Shown: piece after piece, positions 1 through 11,784 of the stretch | How positions within the stretch are numbered: the stretch's first letter is position 1 | Layout: each line of letters opens with the position of its first letter | Assembly: GCF_006345805.1 (NCBI RefSeq) | Contig: NC_043012.1 | Coordinates: 9,238,001-9,302,000 of the forward strand | Source of the DNA: Octopus sinensis | Lineage: Eukaryota | Direction: 5' to 3' | Length of the DNA: 64,000 nt | Program-made: the position numbers and the translations under genes | The notes under the pieces: model-generated | Seen by the model: the letters and a program-made list of their open reading frames with translations, nothing else | Told to the model about the DNA's origin: nothing | Database searches by the model: none

Positions 1-99
1 GATGGCATGAACTGCTCTCTCACTCAATAATAATAATAATTATAATAGTAATAATAATGATATTGATAGAATGTAAAACAAAAACAAAAACAGGAAAAC

Positions 100-372
100 T
101 TGAAGGTGATATCGAGACTGGCAAGAAAAGCCACTGCACGGGGCCATACTCCAAACGTGCTGGGGAAGCTGATGTAGATAGTAGAACTCCTCAGAGGCTG
201 GAGAGTGCTGGCTTGAAAGCCGAAACTGAAGGATTTATCCCAGCAGCACAAGATCAGAGCCTTCTCACACAGAACTGTCAGCTAACGACAAACTTTCACT
301 CTGCAATGACAGCAGAACTGTTACAAAAGGTTTTCCTCCTTGGCACGGCCAGAATAATCAGGAAAATATAAG
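100..372 (+). mobile_element. R4/Dong-clade non-LTR retrotransposon remnant, internally deleted, next to (AAT)n
   Basis: With one frameshift reads WQEKPLHG..Y..R...LESAGLKAETEGFIPAAQDQSL, joined to ELLQKVFLLGTARIIRKI; both are typical R4/Dong ORF blocks. Confidence 0.8.
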
Positions 373-759
373 TCGAAAAGAACAGGTAGCATGGTACTGT
401 AGGCTGCAAGCAGCAAGCCCGCTACGCATGTAAAACTCCAAGAGTTCCAACAAAATCTGAGAAAAGAGAAAAATAATAATGATTATAATGAATCAATTTA
501 CTCTATCAAATTTCTTTTGTCACAATCTGTGTCGTTCATCGATAAAGTCACTAAAGGACTTTGTCAGACTAATCGATTAATTAGTTAAACGATTGATAAT
601 AAAACTTAAGGGAAACAACCAGTGCGTGTGCTTGTATTGGCAGTGCGATCATCCTAAAATACAATAATATCAGTTTCAAAACACAATTTCACACCAAGTA
701 TCTCGCAGAATAAATATAAAAATGTCTAAAAGCAATGTAAAAATGTGTGTAGCATTGGT

Positions 760-1010
760 TATGGAAGAATTAAAACAAAGAATGATTGCGAAAATAACTA
801 AGGTTAAACGATATGAACAACGAATAAATCTACAAACAACTGTATATCCATTAAGGAATAGGAAAAAAATGTACAACCGGAGTTAATTGGAAATATCCGT
901 AATGAAAGAGTGGTTCCTAATGGATAAGGAAGTAAGAAGTTCTGGAATGGCATTTGGGGGATAGAAGCAAGAACACAATGCGAAAGCTAAATGAATAAAA
1001 GAAGTAAAAC
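760..1010 (+). mobile_element. R4/Dong-clade LINE fragment (pre-RT region)
   Basis: Translates to EELKQRMIAKITKVKRYEQRI ... KKFWNGIWG, with stops and frameshifts. Confidence 0.7.
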
Positions 1011-1484
1011 AGAGAAACGCAAAATGATGTAAAAGTTTATAAAATGGTGGTTAGCAAACACTACCGTTTAATCTCCAACTGGAAAACATCGAACGGTATT
1101 TAAAGTTACTGGTGAAAGAAATTGAGATCAATGTACGGAAAAATTGCCTTAAATCTAGATAATAGTTTTTGTAATGAACCGCCACCCTTGTGCTTGAAAT
1201 ATGGGAAAATCATTCTGTGATAAAAAGAATCGGAAAAAAAAAGAGAAGTAATTGATAATTTTCGTCCAGAATGGTGTATTGCACTTAGGTGTAAATTACA
1301 AACCGGAATGGTGACAAAAAGTATGTATTAACACTTTGAGTCATAGCAATTCGAGCAAAAGAACGAAACAGTTGTAAAAACAACAGTGCAAAAACCAATA
1401 ACTGATTGACAAATTAATACTGAAAGATTACAAGAAAAGACATATCTATTTAGTAATGGTGTCGAGGCATGGCATTATGGTTAA

Positions 1485-1610
1485 CAAGTTTGCTTTGGCT
1501 TGATTTTAGGTTCAGTCCCACTGCATGGGCAAGTGCGTTTTACTGTAGCCTCGGGCCGAATAATACCATATGAGTGAATTTGGTGGGCGAAACTGTGGAA
1601 GAACGTTGCG
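1485..1610 (+). mobile_element. Degenerate SINE family A head
   Basis: ggttcagtcccactgc..gggcaagtg..tagcctcgggccga matches the other family A copies. Confidence 0.65.
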
Positions 1611-1644
1611 TGTATATATATATATATTATATATATATATATAT

Positions 1645-1825
1645 ACAAGAGTATACAGATTTATATACAGAGACAAGTCTGTTTACATGCTAAAGAGTGC
1701 AGTTAAACCCAAACCACGAAAAATATCATTCTAATTAACGAGCTAATAAAGTAATTTGTCATCCGTAGTTCATCAGTGTGATCGCTAAAGGAATGCATAA
1801 CTATGTAGCTTTAATTCGTACCGAA
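1645..1825 (-). repeat. (AT)n-anchored dispersed repeat, paralogous to 2045-2316
   Basis: Shares ttacatgctaaa..caaaccacgaaaa and gttcatcagtg.gatcgctaaa..aatgcataa.tatgtag..cgtaccg with the copy at 2045. Confidence 0.7.
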
Positions 1826-2044
1826 CACCCATGCGAGCTCCCAACTTTAAACATTATGGATTCAAATCAAGCGCGCAGGCGCAGTCACATAGCCAAGTAG
1901 CAAATAATAAATTTAAATTGTGTGCCATATGGCCTCAGAATTATAAAAAAAATTACTGTGTAAATTATAGGGGTAAAACTATTAGAATAATTTTCTTACC
2001 AGTGGTTCGCATGCGTGATAAAAGTCATATTACACTGTATTTTT

Positions 2045-2420
2045 ATATATAAGAGTGTATAAAGAGTTATACACAGAGAGAAGAGCCTCGACAGGATGTC
2101 TTACATGCTAAAAAGGGCACTTAAATTCAAACCACGAAAGAGATAATTCTAAAGGTATGCTGATAATGGCACTAGAGTGAATAGAAACAAGAAAATTATT
2201 AGTTAATCCCATACTCGAGTTTCCTTATTAATGAGCAAATAAATTAATTTGTCCTCCATAGTTCATCAGTGGGATCGCTAAAATAATGCATAATTATGTA
2301 GTATCAATACGTACCGCAGATTCCTTCTAGTGCCATTATCGGTGTGCTTTTAGTATGTTTTTTTTTCGTGATTTGGGTTTAACTGCCCTTTCTAGCATGT
2401 AAGAAGTCCTGTCAAAGAGC
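2045..2420 (-). mobile_element. Short element with partial inverted terminal copy (Penelope-like architecture, old)
   Basis: About 2090-2177 is an imperfect inverted repeat of about 2326-2413; the minus strand carries CTGATGA at 2263-2269. Confidence 0.5.
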
Positions 2421-2818
2421 TTTTTTTTTTCAGTAAACACATTTCATAAGAATTTGGAGGCTAAATTGACAAGACTAGAATAAGTATCTAGAAAAGCTGA
2501 AATAACAAAAGAGACCATTAACTGTGATGGCAGTATGCCATTCTTGTTCTTTGTTTTTAGAACGAGACTGGGAAACTTGGTTTTGTGGAAGACTGGAATT
2601 GTCTATGAAAGGAGAAAGCAGCAATTTAAAATCAGTCACGTTTTGTTGATGGTGGTTTTAACACTGTTATTAAATTAAAACTGTTAATTTATTTATTAAA
2701 TATATTGGAATGGAGTTCGGGAGAAAATATGTGTAATAGATTTATCAAGAAAAGAGGGAAGATTGTGTTAGTTAAAATGATAGTTTTGCCTGAAGGTGAA
2801 ATAATGAAGAGTATAGAG

Positions 2819-2944
2819 CACTGGTTCCCAGCCTTTTCACAGTGGTTCCCAAACTTTTTATTTAAATGAGTTTTCCCACGGACCCCTTTTAATATGCTTA
2901 TCCTAATGTATGTGTACACACAACACACACACACACACACACAC

Positions 2945-2985
<41 letters not shown>

Positions 2986-3089
2986 ATACACACACACAAT
3001 TATAAATGAAATCTTTCATTCAGTTCACAGACCCCAGTACTACCTTTGCAGATCGCCAAGGGTCGTGGACCCCAGGTTGGGAGCCACTG
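2819..3089. mobile_element. hAT (Charlie-like) MITE with 8-bp TSD
   Basis: Termini cactggttcccagcc / ggttgggagccactg; identical gtatagag at 2811-2818 and 3090-3097; internal (CA)n. Confidence 0.85.
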
Positions 3090-3394
3090 GTATAGAGGAT
3101 AGAAGCACATAATTGTATTAAAAACCAAGATCAAGGAGACTGAAATGAAGGCATTATCGGGCAAAGAATACCAGAGAAGATTTAAATTGTTGTTAAAGAA
3201 AAACAGTAAAGAGGTGGGGGATATTAGCAACAGAAAACGTGAGGGCCGCTAGGAATGAAGAATGCATTAAGGGTATGACAATACAAAAAGAAAGACACTA
3301 GAAAGACGCTAAATACAATAAATACAAGAATCATCAAGGTCAAGGTCTTAAATGAAAAGTTGCAGGAGGATGGGGCTGAAGAAAAGTTGAAATT

Positions 3395-3535
3395 TTGTCA
3401 GTGGTGGTGAGTACTCTTGGTACAATCTCGGAGAAAATGCTGGTTGAAGAAAATTCTGAGTGAAATTCAAATGGAATTATTAAGGAATATTAGAGAACAC
3501 TGAATTATCAGGAACTGCAAAGGTCCCGAAGAAGA
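3395..3535 (+). mobile_element. R4/Dong-clade C-terminal remnant
   Basis: VVVSTLGTISEKML...IQMELL...GTAKV, a degenerate form of the PVVVGALG...LLGTARILR C-terminus. Confidence 0.55.
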
Positions 3536-3646
3536 GATCGAAAACTGTGCTTATGAAAGAAATCCAAAGAAATCTTTGTCATAGGTCAAGATCCTCTTTG
3601 TCTGCTATAGACAAAATACTAACAATGGTTTCTAATTTACGCACTA

Positions 3647-3920
3647 AATCGTTCCGGGTTCATTCCCGCTGTGTGGAACCTTGGGAAAGTGCCTTCTACT
3701 ATAGCCTCGGGCCGACCAAAGTCTTGTGAGTGGATTTGGTAGACGGAAACTGAAAGAAGCGTGTCGTATATATGTATGTGTGTGTGTGTGTGTGTTTATG
3801 TGTTTGTGTTGGTCCCCCCAACATCGCTTGACAACCGATGCTGGTGTGTTTATGTCTCCGTAACTTAGAGGTTCAGCAAAAGAGACCGATAGAATAAGTA
3901 CTGGGCTTCCAAAGAATAAG
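3647..3920 (+). mobile_element. SINE family A, truncated at both ends, flanked by a 23-bp direct repeat
   Basis: Family A body; aatggtttctaatttacgcacta at 3624-3646 and 3921-3943. Confidence 0.85.
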
Positions 3921-4140
3921 AATGGTTTCTAATTTACGCACTAGGCCAACAAATTTGAGGGGAGGATATTAGTTGATACTATCAACCCAAGTACGTGACT
4001 GATAGTTTATGTTCTCAAACCTGGCTGGAGGAAAGGCAAAGTTGATCTTGGCGGGATTTGAACACGGAACGCAAAGGAAAGACTCAGAAAAAATACTGCA
4101 AAGCAGTTTTTTCCCAGCGCTCTTACGATTCTGCCAATAC
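3921..4140 (-). mobile_element. Degenerate SINE family B
   Basis: gaaaggcaaagttgatcttggcgggatttgaac...acgattctgcca is the reverse complement of the family B core. Confidence 0.65.
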
Positions 4141-4422
4141 GCTGTATATTGGAAAATACCATTAATGATAATAATTTCCCTATTAATCTCAACGTTTCAT
4201 ACATACAACGTTAGAAGATAAGAGTTACAGAAAGCTATGGGGATTGACAAAGCCAAGTAATGTCAATATGAATGTAATATAATGAGCACCCTAAAAGATT
4301 GATACAGATTGCACACCACAGAAGAATTATAAAATTATATTAAAAACAATAATTAAAGCAAAATGCAATTTAAATAATAAAAACACAAATCACAAATTAA
4401 CTAAGTGAGAGCCCAGTAGCTG

Positions 4423-4430
4423 GTCACGTG
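4423..4430 (+). promoter_or_regulatory. E-box GTCACGTG upstream of a candidate first exon
   Basis: Motif lies in unique sequence about 100 bp before an ATG and a strong donor. Confidence 0.2.
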
Positions 4431-4530
4431 GGAGGACAGTACAACACTGCTTGTTTGTTATTAATTATATTGAAACTGAGTCCACTGAAAGGTGACATGA
4501 AGCCTTTTGGTATTGGCTATAGTGAAAAGC

Positions 4531-4792
4531 ATGCAACGTCTTTTGGGTAATTTCTTTAACTCTACGGTAAGCTTTAATGTGGTCTCCACTAACACGGTTT
4601 TTGTACAGTATGTCCCTTACTTCCAACTTCGCGTTTTCCACCGATGACGTTTTTCTAAAATATATCCTTCACCGATATGCTTTCGGTTTAATTTATTTTC
4701 TATTTTCTATTTTTTTTATCTTATCATTTTTGCTTTTGTACATTTTGTGTGCAGCTGTCAAAGCTTTCGTTTGAGTGGTTCTTTTCTCGATG
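4531..4792 (+). other. Candidate spliced exon pair (4531-4566 and 4755-4792), product unknown
   Basis: ACG|gtaagc donor, pyrimidine tract plus gtgcag| acceptor, ATG|gtaatt donor; spliced frame MQRLLGNFFNST-LSKLSFEWFFSR is open. Confidence 0.3.
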
Positions 4793-5049
4793 GTAATTTT
4801 ATGTGAACTGTCAAATATGTCTTTATATTTGCTTGAAATTGGGCGAACTCCCCATCTCAAACCGTTCAACATTTTTGTGAAACAACTCAAAAGATTTGAC
4901 ACAGGAAAAAATCCGATTTAGTAAAGAACCCACAACATATAATCAATAATAATAATAATAATAATACTAATTATAATAATGATAGTGATGATGAGGATGA
5001 TGATAATGATGATAATGGTGATGATACACGTAGCATGTTTCACAAAAGG

Positions 5050-5335
5050 GATCTTATTCATAGGTTGTTTTTTTAAGCGAAAAGAGATGATGGGAGAAGT
5101 TTGCTTGGTGTAGGAAGATTATGTTGAAACGGAAGGGATTGCACGAAGAATATAAAAAAACATGTCAGAAAGTAAAGAAATGTTGAGTGCTCTGAAAAAA
5201 ACTTTGAGAAGAGAATTTTTTTCAAGAACACCGAATTTACAAGTAGAAGAATTATTAATACGGGAACAAAATGCCCACAGGAGCCACGAAAATGGCAGCT
5301 GAAAAGCAAGTCACGAGGACAGGAATTAAGGGGGC
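5050..5335 (+). mobile_element. R4/Dong-clade LINE fragment (post-RT) after an (AAT)/(GAT)n tract
   Basis: With frameshifts reads HRL...KRDDGRSLLGV/EDYVETE, matching the DRLY..R..GGRGL..VED motif. Confidence 0.6.
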
Positions 5336-5564
5336 CTTATCGCAAACAAGTCGGAAGAACAATAGACCGTATACTATATATTATGAGAATGTGAGTTCAT
5401 GGCGCCATAAATATATAAAAGCGGGATACACGGCAAAATTGCATTTGTTATGCCCTAGGAATAGTGTAAAACGAAAGAAATAAAGTGGTATTAAACAAGT
5501 CTAAGGAAAAAAGATCAAAAATGAAAAGGTAAGAGGAGTACAGAACAGTTTCTGTTTTAAGGGT

Positions 5565-5745
5565 GTCGCGAAAGGCCTGGTGGGAGGCGCATCATTCCGA
5601 ATTCTTTTACAGGGCCTACGAAAACTGAAGGACCGCTTCAATATGTATGTGAATCTGAGAGGAGAATATGTTGAATGAAATCATAATTAAATAATCCTCC
5701 TATATTTTCTTTTACCCATAGCCAAGAAATTTTCAGCACCCGTCG
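5565..5745 (+). mobile_element. mariner transposase 3' remnant with right TIR
   Basis: QGLRKLKDRFNMYVNLRGEYVE* (stop 5676-5678), then gaaattttcagcacccgtcg followed by TA. Confidence 0.75.
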
Positions 5746-6088
5746 TAAAGCGTTTGAGAGAGTAATAGAAAAAGTTAAACATTCAGACTAGATATCGTTG
5801 TATGAAAGAAAGATACTGGAGCTTGTAAAATATACATTTTACTATAGCAGAGAGAAAGAAAACGAAGAGATTGATTGATGAATTCTAACGCCTATAGTGT
5901 GAACCGAAAATGGGTTGAAGCTGAAGAGAGATAATATTAATTCCTTCTAACATAGAATCACAGTGTACGGCGGATGAGAATATCACCAAATAGGTTTCTG
6001 GTACACTTAGAACATTAAGAAATACGATGAATGTCTAAAGATAGTAGCTTAAAGTTCAAAATATTGCTAACACAACTTCTGTTGAAAT

Positions 6089-6089
6089 C

Positions 6090-6156
<67 letters not shown>

Positions 6157-6246
6157 TTGCCATAGGAGTCGGGAAGACACTCGGCAAGAAATGGAAGCAA
6201 ATTTGAAAGAAGAAAAAAGAAGATAACAATAATAATAATAATAATA

Positions 6247-6320
<74 letters not shown>
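6089..6320. repeat. (AAT)n microsatellite interrupted by a ~70-bp insert (possible Dong-type 3' tail)
   Basis: (AAT)n at 6089-6157 and about 6228-6320 flanking a unique purine-rich segment. Confidence 0.8.
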
Positions 6321-6321
<1 letters not shown>

Positions 6322-7407
6322 CCCCATCAGAGTAGATGAGCAGTTGTTGGAAAATATAGAGCACATCCAATGGCTACTTAGGCATTTATCATTTGATGTG
6401 GTCGCTGATATAAATATTCAAAACCAAATTGAATGTGATTAGGCAATCTTTGTTGTCCAAGAAGGTAGGTCTATAAAAATCATGGTCTAAGAATACAAAC
6501 AACCGAAAAAATGGTGTATAAAATGATGTCACCGTCCTCTTGGATCTGGATAAGTTGAAGGTCTCATTACACTTGATTTATCAGCCACGGAACCCACATA
6601 GCGGGAGACAACCATAAGATGCTTTTATGTATAGAGCATGGGCCGCACCAGAGGAGCATTGCTGTTCTTTATGTCTAAAGGTGTGCTTGGCTACTGCAGG
6701 ACAGAAAAAACCCTGTTTGGATGAATACACAGGGACAGAACTACTATTGGTGTGTTTCTTGAATTAAAGTGTCACTAGTAGTTGTAAGAGAATCAGGGAT
6801 AGGTAATTAACTCAGGACCCATCGTGTAAACACTACTAACTTTATAACAGACATATATCTACAATGAGAAATTGGATAAACTCGAAATCGAGTGGGCCAC
6901 TACTGCTTATGTACATGGATCTCCAGTTGTCTGTTAAGTAATGTTATTAAAAAGATGGTGGTCATGTAGTTTAAAGTTCTGTTATTATAAGCCTTTTTTA
7001 AAGTTTTTAAACGGAAGCAAAGCATCTGATATTTGTATATTCAAAAGAAGCAGCCAAATAATGAAGAAACGTATACAAAAAGATGGCCAGGTGTAGTGAT
7101 TGTTAATCGTTGCTTTAATTTTAGAGAATAGCAGGTTGTTAACTTTTTGTTATAAAAAATATTAAATGAAGACTATTTTAATGAGATATTAACGATGCTT
7201 ATGCATCATTATATTTCAATAGAAACTTCAACAATGCAGCGTGAATTTACTTTAATAGTTTAATATTGCCAACAGAAAAAAACAAAACAGAAACGAGAAT
7301 ACTTTATTCAATTTCAGGATCTCTTTAAGTTTTTAATATTTAGAATGCATTTCTTGCAAAGCAAGAAGAGAAATATTGTTTATACTTCATTATATAAAAT
7401 GTATAAC

Positions 7408-7615
7408 GCAGCGAACTGGCATGGCAGAATTACTAACACGCCGGAGAAATTATTTAGATGTATTTCATCCGTCTTTACGTTCCGAGTTCAAATATTACCG
7501 TGGTCAGCTTCGCTAATCATCCTTTCGGGGGCGATAAAAGTACCAATTGAGTACTGGGGTTGATGCAATCGATCTTCTTTCTTCCTCAAAATTTCAGGTT
7601 TTGTATCTTTAGTGA
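7408..7615 (+). mobile_element. Degenerate SINE family B
   Basis: tggcagaatt..gtctttacgttccgagttcaaat..atcctttcgggggcgataaaagtacc. Confidence 0.7.
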
Positions 7616-7794
7616 AAATGTTTATATAAAATGCGACACATATGGGATGCAGAGAAGTGAGGTACTGTGACACTCAAGCCTTACCTGCTCCAATAGCAGT
7701 TTTGGTGTAAGGGAATCGAAAGGGTTTTAACTGTGGTTTGAGACTGAATTGTGTCGCGATAAAAAACTTGTGCAAACATTCGCCATATTAAAAT

Positions 7795-8192
7795 AAAATG
7801 TTCAGAAAGCCAGAAATTTGAAATGGAGGATTATTATCTATTGATATCTATCTCACGGTTATCACTTTTTCGTATTCAAGAATTTGAGCTGGAAAATGTT
7901 CAGAAAGCCAGAAATTTGAAATGGAGGATTATTATCTATTGATATCTATCTCACGGTTATCACTTTTTCGTATTCAAGAATTTGAGCTGGAAAATGTTCA
8001 GAAAGCCAGAAATTTGAAATGGAGGATTATTATCTATTGATATCTATCTCACGGTTATCACTTTTTCGTATTCAAGAATTTGAGCTGGAAAATGTTCAGA
8101 AAGCCAGAAATTTGAAATGGAGGATTATTATCTATTGATATCTATCTCACGGTTATCACTTTTTCGTATTCAAGAATTTGAGCTGGAAAATG
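7795..8192. repeat. Perfect tandem array, 4 x 98 bp
   Basis: aaaatg unit starts at 7795, 7893, 7991, 8089 and 8187; the copies appear identical. Confidence 0.95.
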
Positions 8193-8739
8193 TAACTTAA
8201 ATAAACCAATGGCTACGATTAAGATAATTCAAATAGTTAAATTTTCTTGATTTATCCAAATCGTTGTCCTTGGTTTATTTCAATTATTTCTCTTAGCTAA
8301 ATTTTGCTAAATATTATAAAAATCGCTGCTGGCTAGAAATATTCGTAAACAATTTTGTTTGTATAAAACCTTTCTGATAAATGCTCAAAGTAGCCCAGTG
8401 CTGATTATGTTTCACTGACGAGGGTTAGTAACACAGAAACTGCTAACAAATACCGTTTTTTTCCTTCGGCATGATAATTATGTTTGTAATCAATTTTTTC
8501 TTGAAATTATTTCTCTTTCTGTTGTGGGTCGCAAACGTGTGCATATCAAGTTTCGTTTTATAAGGAAAATTTTAAGAATCATTTCCGTAGATAAGTAAAT
8601 ACATCAACAACTACATGAATAATTTCTTGATAAATGATCGAACATGGAGTGAATGAAAAAAAAATTTGGCCATAGAAACAGCGAGAAAAATGAAACAGAG
8701 GAGAAAACAAAAACACTCCATTTCTGTTAACCAACAATT

Positions 8740-8930
8740 AAAATACTGGCTTCAAATTTTGGTACAGGGCCAACAGTTTCGGAGGAGATGGCGGGTCGAT
8801 TACGTCAACTCTGTACTCAACTGGTACTTATTGTACAGACCCCGAACGGGTGAAAGGCGAGTCGTCCTCTGCGGAATTTGAAATTAAAACGTAAAGACGG
8901 ACAAAACACCGCTAAGCATTTTGCCACCTT
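8740..8930 (-). mobile_element. Degenerate SINE family B
   Basis: ccccgaacgggtgaaaggcgagtcgtcctctgcggaatttgaa...ccgctaagcattttgcc. Confidence 0.7.
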
Positions 8931-9279
8931 ACTCCAATTGAAATAGTAATCTCAGTTCAGTAGACAGAGTCAGCGAAACATTATCAGCTGAAACAGCAAA
9001 ACGTGCCGAGATACGATCAAGAATAAAATAAAAATAAATACCAAAAGTAAAACAACACAAATACAATGCCTTTAGATAGTTATAAATGTTCTGTTGGCCT
9101 GGAGGGCTAGAAGCACAAAATATCAACCAAAGATCTAAGCCCATAACTTCCTTCTTTCCCTGCACCACCAAGTCAACAAAGGATTCCAAACAACCTGTCT
9201 TTATTGACGAGTTCATTATGAAATTTTCATTGTAGACTCTCAGATGATTTTAAAGAAAAAATCCATTTTGTCAGTTATA

Positions 9280-9444
9280 GCGCAAGAGTGGCTGTGTGGT
9301 AAGTAGCTTGCTTACCAACCAAATGGTTCCGAGTTCATTCCTGCTGCGTGGAACCTTGGGCAAGTGTTTTCTACTATAGTCTTGTGAGTGGATTTGGTAG
9401 ACGGAGACTGAAAGAAGCCCGTCGTATATATGTATATATGTATG

Positions 9445-9477
<33 letters not shown>

Positions 9478-9686
9478 GTTTATGTGTTTGTGTTGGTCCC
9501 CCCAACATCGCTTGACAACCGATGCTGGTGTGTTTACGTCCCCGCAACTTAGCGGTTCAGCAAAAGAGACCGATAGAATAAGTACTAGGCTTCCAAAGAA
9601 TAAGTCCTGGGGTCGATTTGCGTGACTAAAGGTGGTGCTCCAGTATGGCCGCAGTCAAATGACTGAAACAAGTAAAAGAGAAAAGA
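9280..9686 (+). mobile_element. SINE family A (tRNA-derived head, CORE-like block, internal microsatellite, gactgaaacaagtaaaag tail)
   Basis: Full head gagtggctgtgtggtaagtagcttgc through ccagtatggccgcagtcaaatgactgaaacaag; more than 12 copies in the window. Confidence 0.9.
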
Positions 9687-9705
9687 GAAAGAGAAAGAGA
9701 GAGCG

Positions 9706-9740
<35 letters not shown>

Positions 9741-10384
9741 TGGAGAAAGAGACAGAAAGAGAGAGAAATGAGAATCGATTTCTGTACATGAATCGTACTT
9801 CATCTATGGACCTCGAAAATGTAAATTTGATTTCGGTAAGATTTGAACTCAGGTTGCAGAGAAGCGGAACAAATAAAGCAAAACACTAACTAGCGCTGTA
9901 ACGAACCTGTTTGTTCACTGCAATATTTGATAAGCGCGCAACTATATACGTTTATGACCTGGCATTGTTTTATAATGCAGGAAGATTTTAGATGTCTCAA
10001 TAATAACATTGATACTGAATGATGAAACCAGATGTAAAAATTACGATTAGAAAAGGTCCGCCATATCATTAATAACTACATCTGGAAAATTACAAGTGAA
10101 TACTTTGTTTTTACAAACGTAATATTGTGATTAATCGGAGTGTGAAACACAGGTATTTTTAGTAGATTGGATCGATTTTTGTACTGACTGACAGAACCAT
10201 GCAGGAAGATCGCACATATATCTATCTTTATACATGTTATCTATGTATGGAACATCTTTTTTCTCACCCTTTAATGGTAGCTATTTTGTGTCTGCTCATC
10301 TGGATATCAGCCGACACACAGACTCTATTTGAAATAAATTTGCTTGCTCGGGTGCATTAGTTTACTTATATGCATGTACATGTG

Positions 10385-10795
10385 CATATATGTGTATGCG
10401 TACGCGTATGCATGTGTATGTGTGTGTGTATGAATGTGTGTGCACGTCTAATGTAGGTGTGTGTACGTGTCTGTATATATGTGTAAGCGCATGTGTATAT
10501 ACGTATTTGTGCATATGCATATACATTATGTGTGAATGAGTGAGTGCTTGTGTCGCTTTAGATGTGTAAGTGTATATGTGTGTATATATGTGTATGTGTA
10601 CGCGTATGCATGTGTATGTGTGTGTGTATGAATGTGTGTGCACGTCTAATGTAGGTGTGTGTACGTCTCTGTATATATGTGTAAGCGCATGTGTATATAC
10701 GTATTTGTGCATATGCATATACGTGATGTGTGAATGAGTGAGTGCTTGTGTCGCTTTAGTTGAGTAAGTGTATATGTGTGTATATATGTGTATGT
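10385..10795. repeat. Tandem duplication (~198 bp x2) of degenerate TG/TA-rich sequence
   Basis: tacgcgtatgcatgtg recurs at 10401 and 10599 with colinear flanks. Confidence 0.85.
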
Positions 10796-11005
10796 GTGTA
10801 TGTATAAATGTGTATGTAGGTGTGTGCGTAAGGTTGTATGTATATGTGTATTTGTACATATTGGTGCATATGTATGAACATATTTAAGCATCTATGTGTG
10901 TATTTGTCTTTATACCTGTACATATGTATATTCGCATAAGTGTGTATGGACGAATACATGTGTATGTGTTTACATATTTATATGCGTATATCTGTATGTA
11001 TATAT

Positions 11006-11784
11006 TACTCTTTACTCTTTTACTTGTTTCAGTCATTTGACTGCGGCCATGTTGGAGCACCGCCTTTAGTCGAGCAACTCGACCCCGGGACTTATTCTTT
11101 TTGTAAGCTCAGTACTTATTCTATCGGTCTCTTTTTGCCGAACCGCTAAGTGACGGGGACGTAAACACACCAGCATTGGTTGTCAAGCAATGCAAGGAGA
11201 ACAAACACAGACACACAAACACACACACATACATATATATATATACATACTAGCAGTTTCGCCCGGCGTTGCTCGGGTTTGTAAGGGAAATAACTATAAA
11301 GCATTTTTAGAGTTATAGCCAAAAAATGGAAAAAAAAATGATGGTAAATTTTTTTTAGTTAAAAAGGTCGAGTTGCGCCCCCTAGACAGTCTGTGGTTTG
11401 TGTTTCTGATTCTCGACCCCATGTCGAATTTATCGATTTTTTTCAGAACTGGGGGAACTTTTCAAAATTTTAGCTGCGTTAGTTTTGAATTATGACATTG
11501 GGCTATGTGTGTGTCAAGTTTCATCAGAATCGGTTGAAAGCTGTGGTCAGGGTGAGGGTACAAGCAAACAGACACACAGAAACACACACAGACAAACTGC
11601 CGTTTATATATAGAGAGATATACGACAGGCTTCTTTCAGTTTCCGTCTACCAAATCCACTCACAAGGCATTGGTCGGCCCGGGGCTATAGCAGAAGACAC
11701 TTGCCCAAGATGCCACGCAGTGGGACTGAACCCGGAACCATGTGATTGGTTAGCAAGCTACTTACCACACAGCCACTCCTGCGC
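11006..11784 (-). mobile_element. SINE family A, split by a Helitron insertion
   Basis: Tail 11006-11248 and head 11620-11784 are colinear with the family consensus. Confidence 0.9.
11250..11618 (-). mobile_element. Non-autonomous Helitron, copy 1
   Basis: On the minus strand starts TC and ends with hairpin cccgagcaacgccggg plus CTAG, inserted between A and T. Confidence 0.85.

Noticed and set aside
1870-1882. NRF1-like GCGCAGGCGCA promoter motif
   Set aside because: Isolated motif between two copies of a repeat, with no associated exon or CpG island.
7795-8192. CRISPR-like array
   Set aside because: Units are contiguous and identical with no unique spacers; eukaryotic context and no cas genes.
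8929-9216. 95-aa minus-strand ORF ending at a GA|gtaagg donor-like site
   Set aside because: The donor coincides with the start of a degenerate SINE B; no acceptor or homology support.
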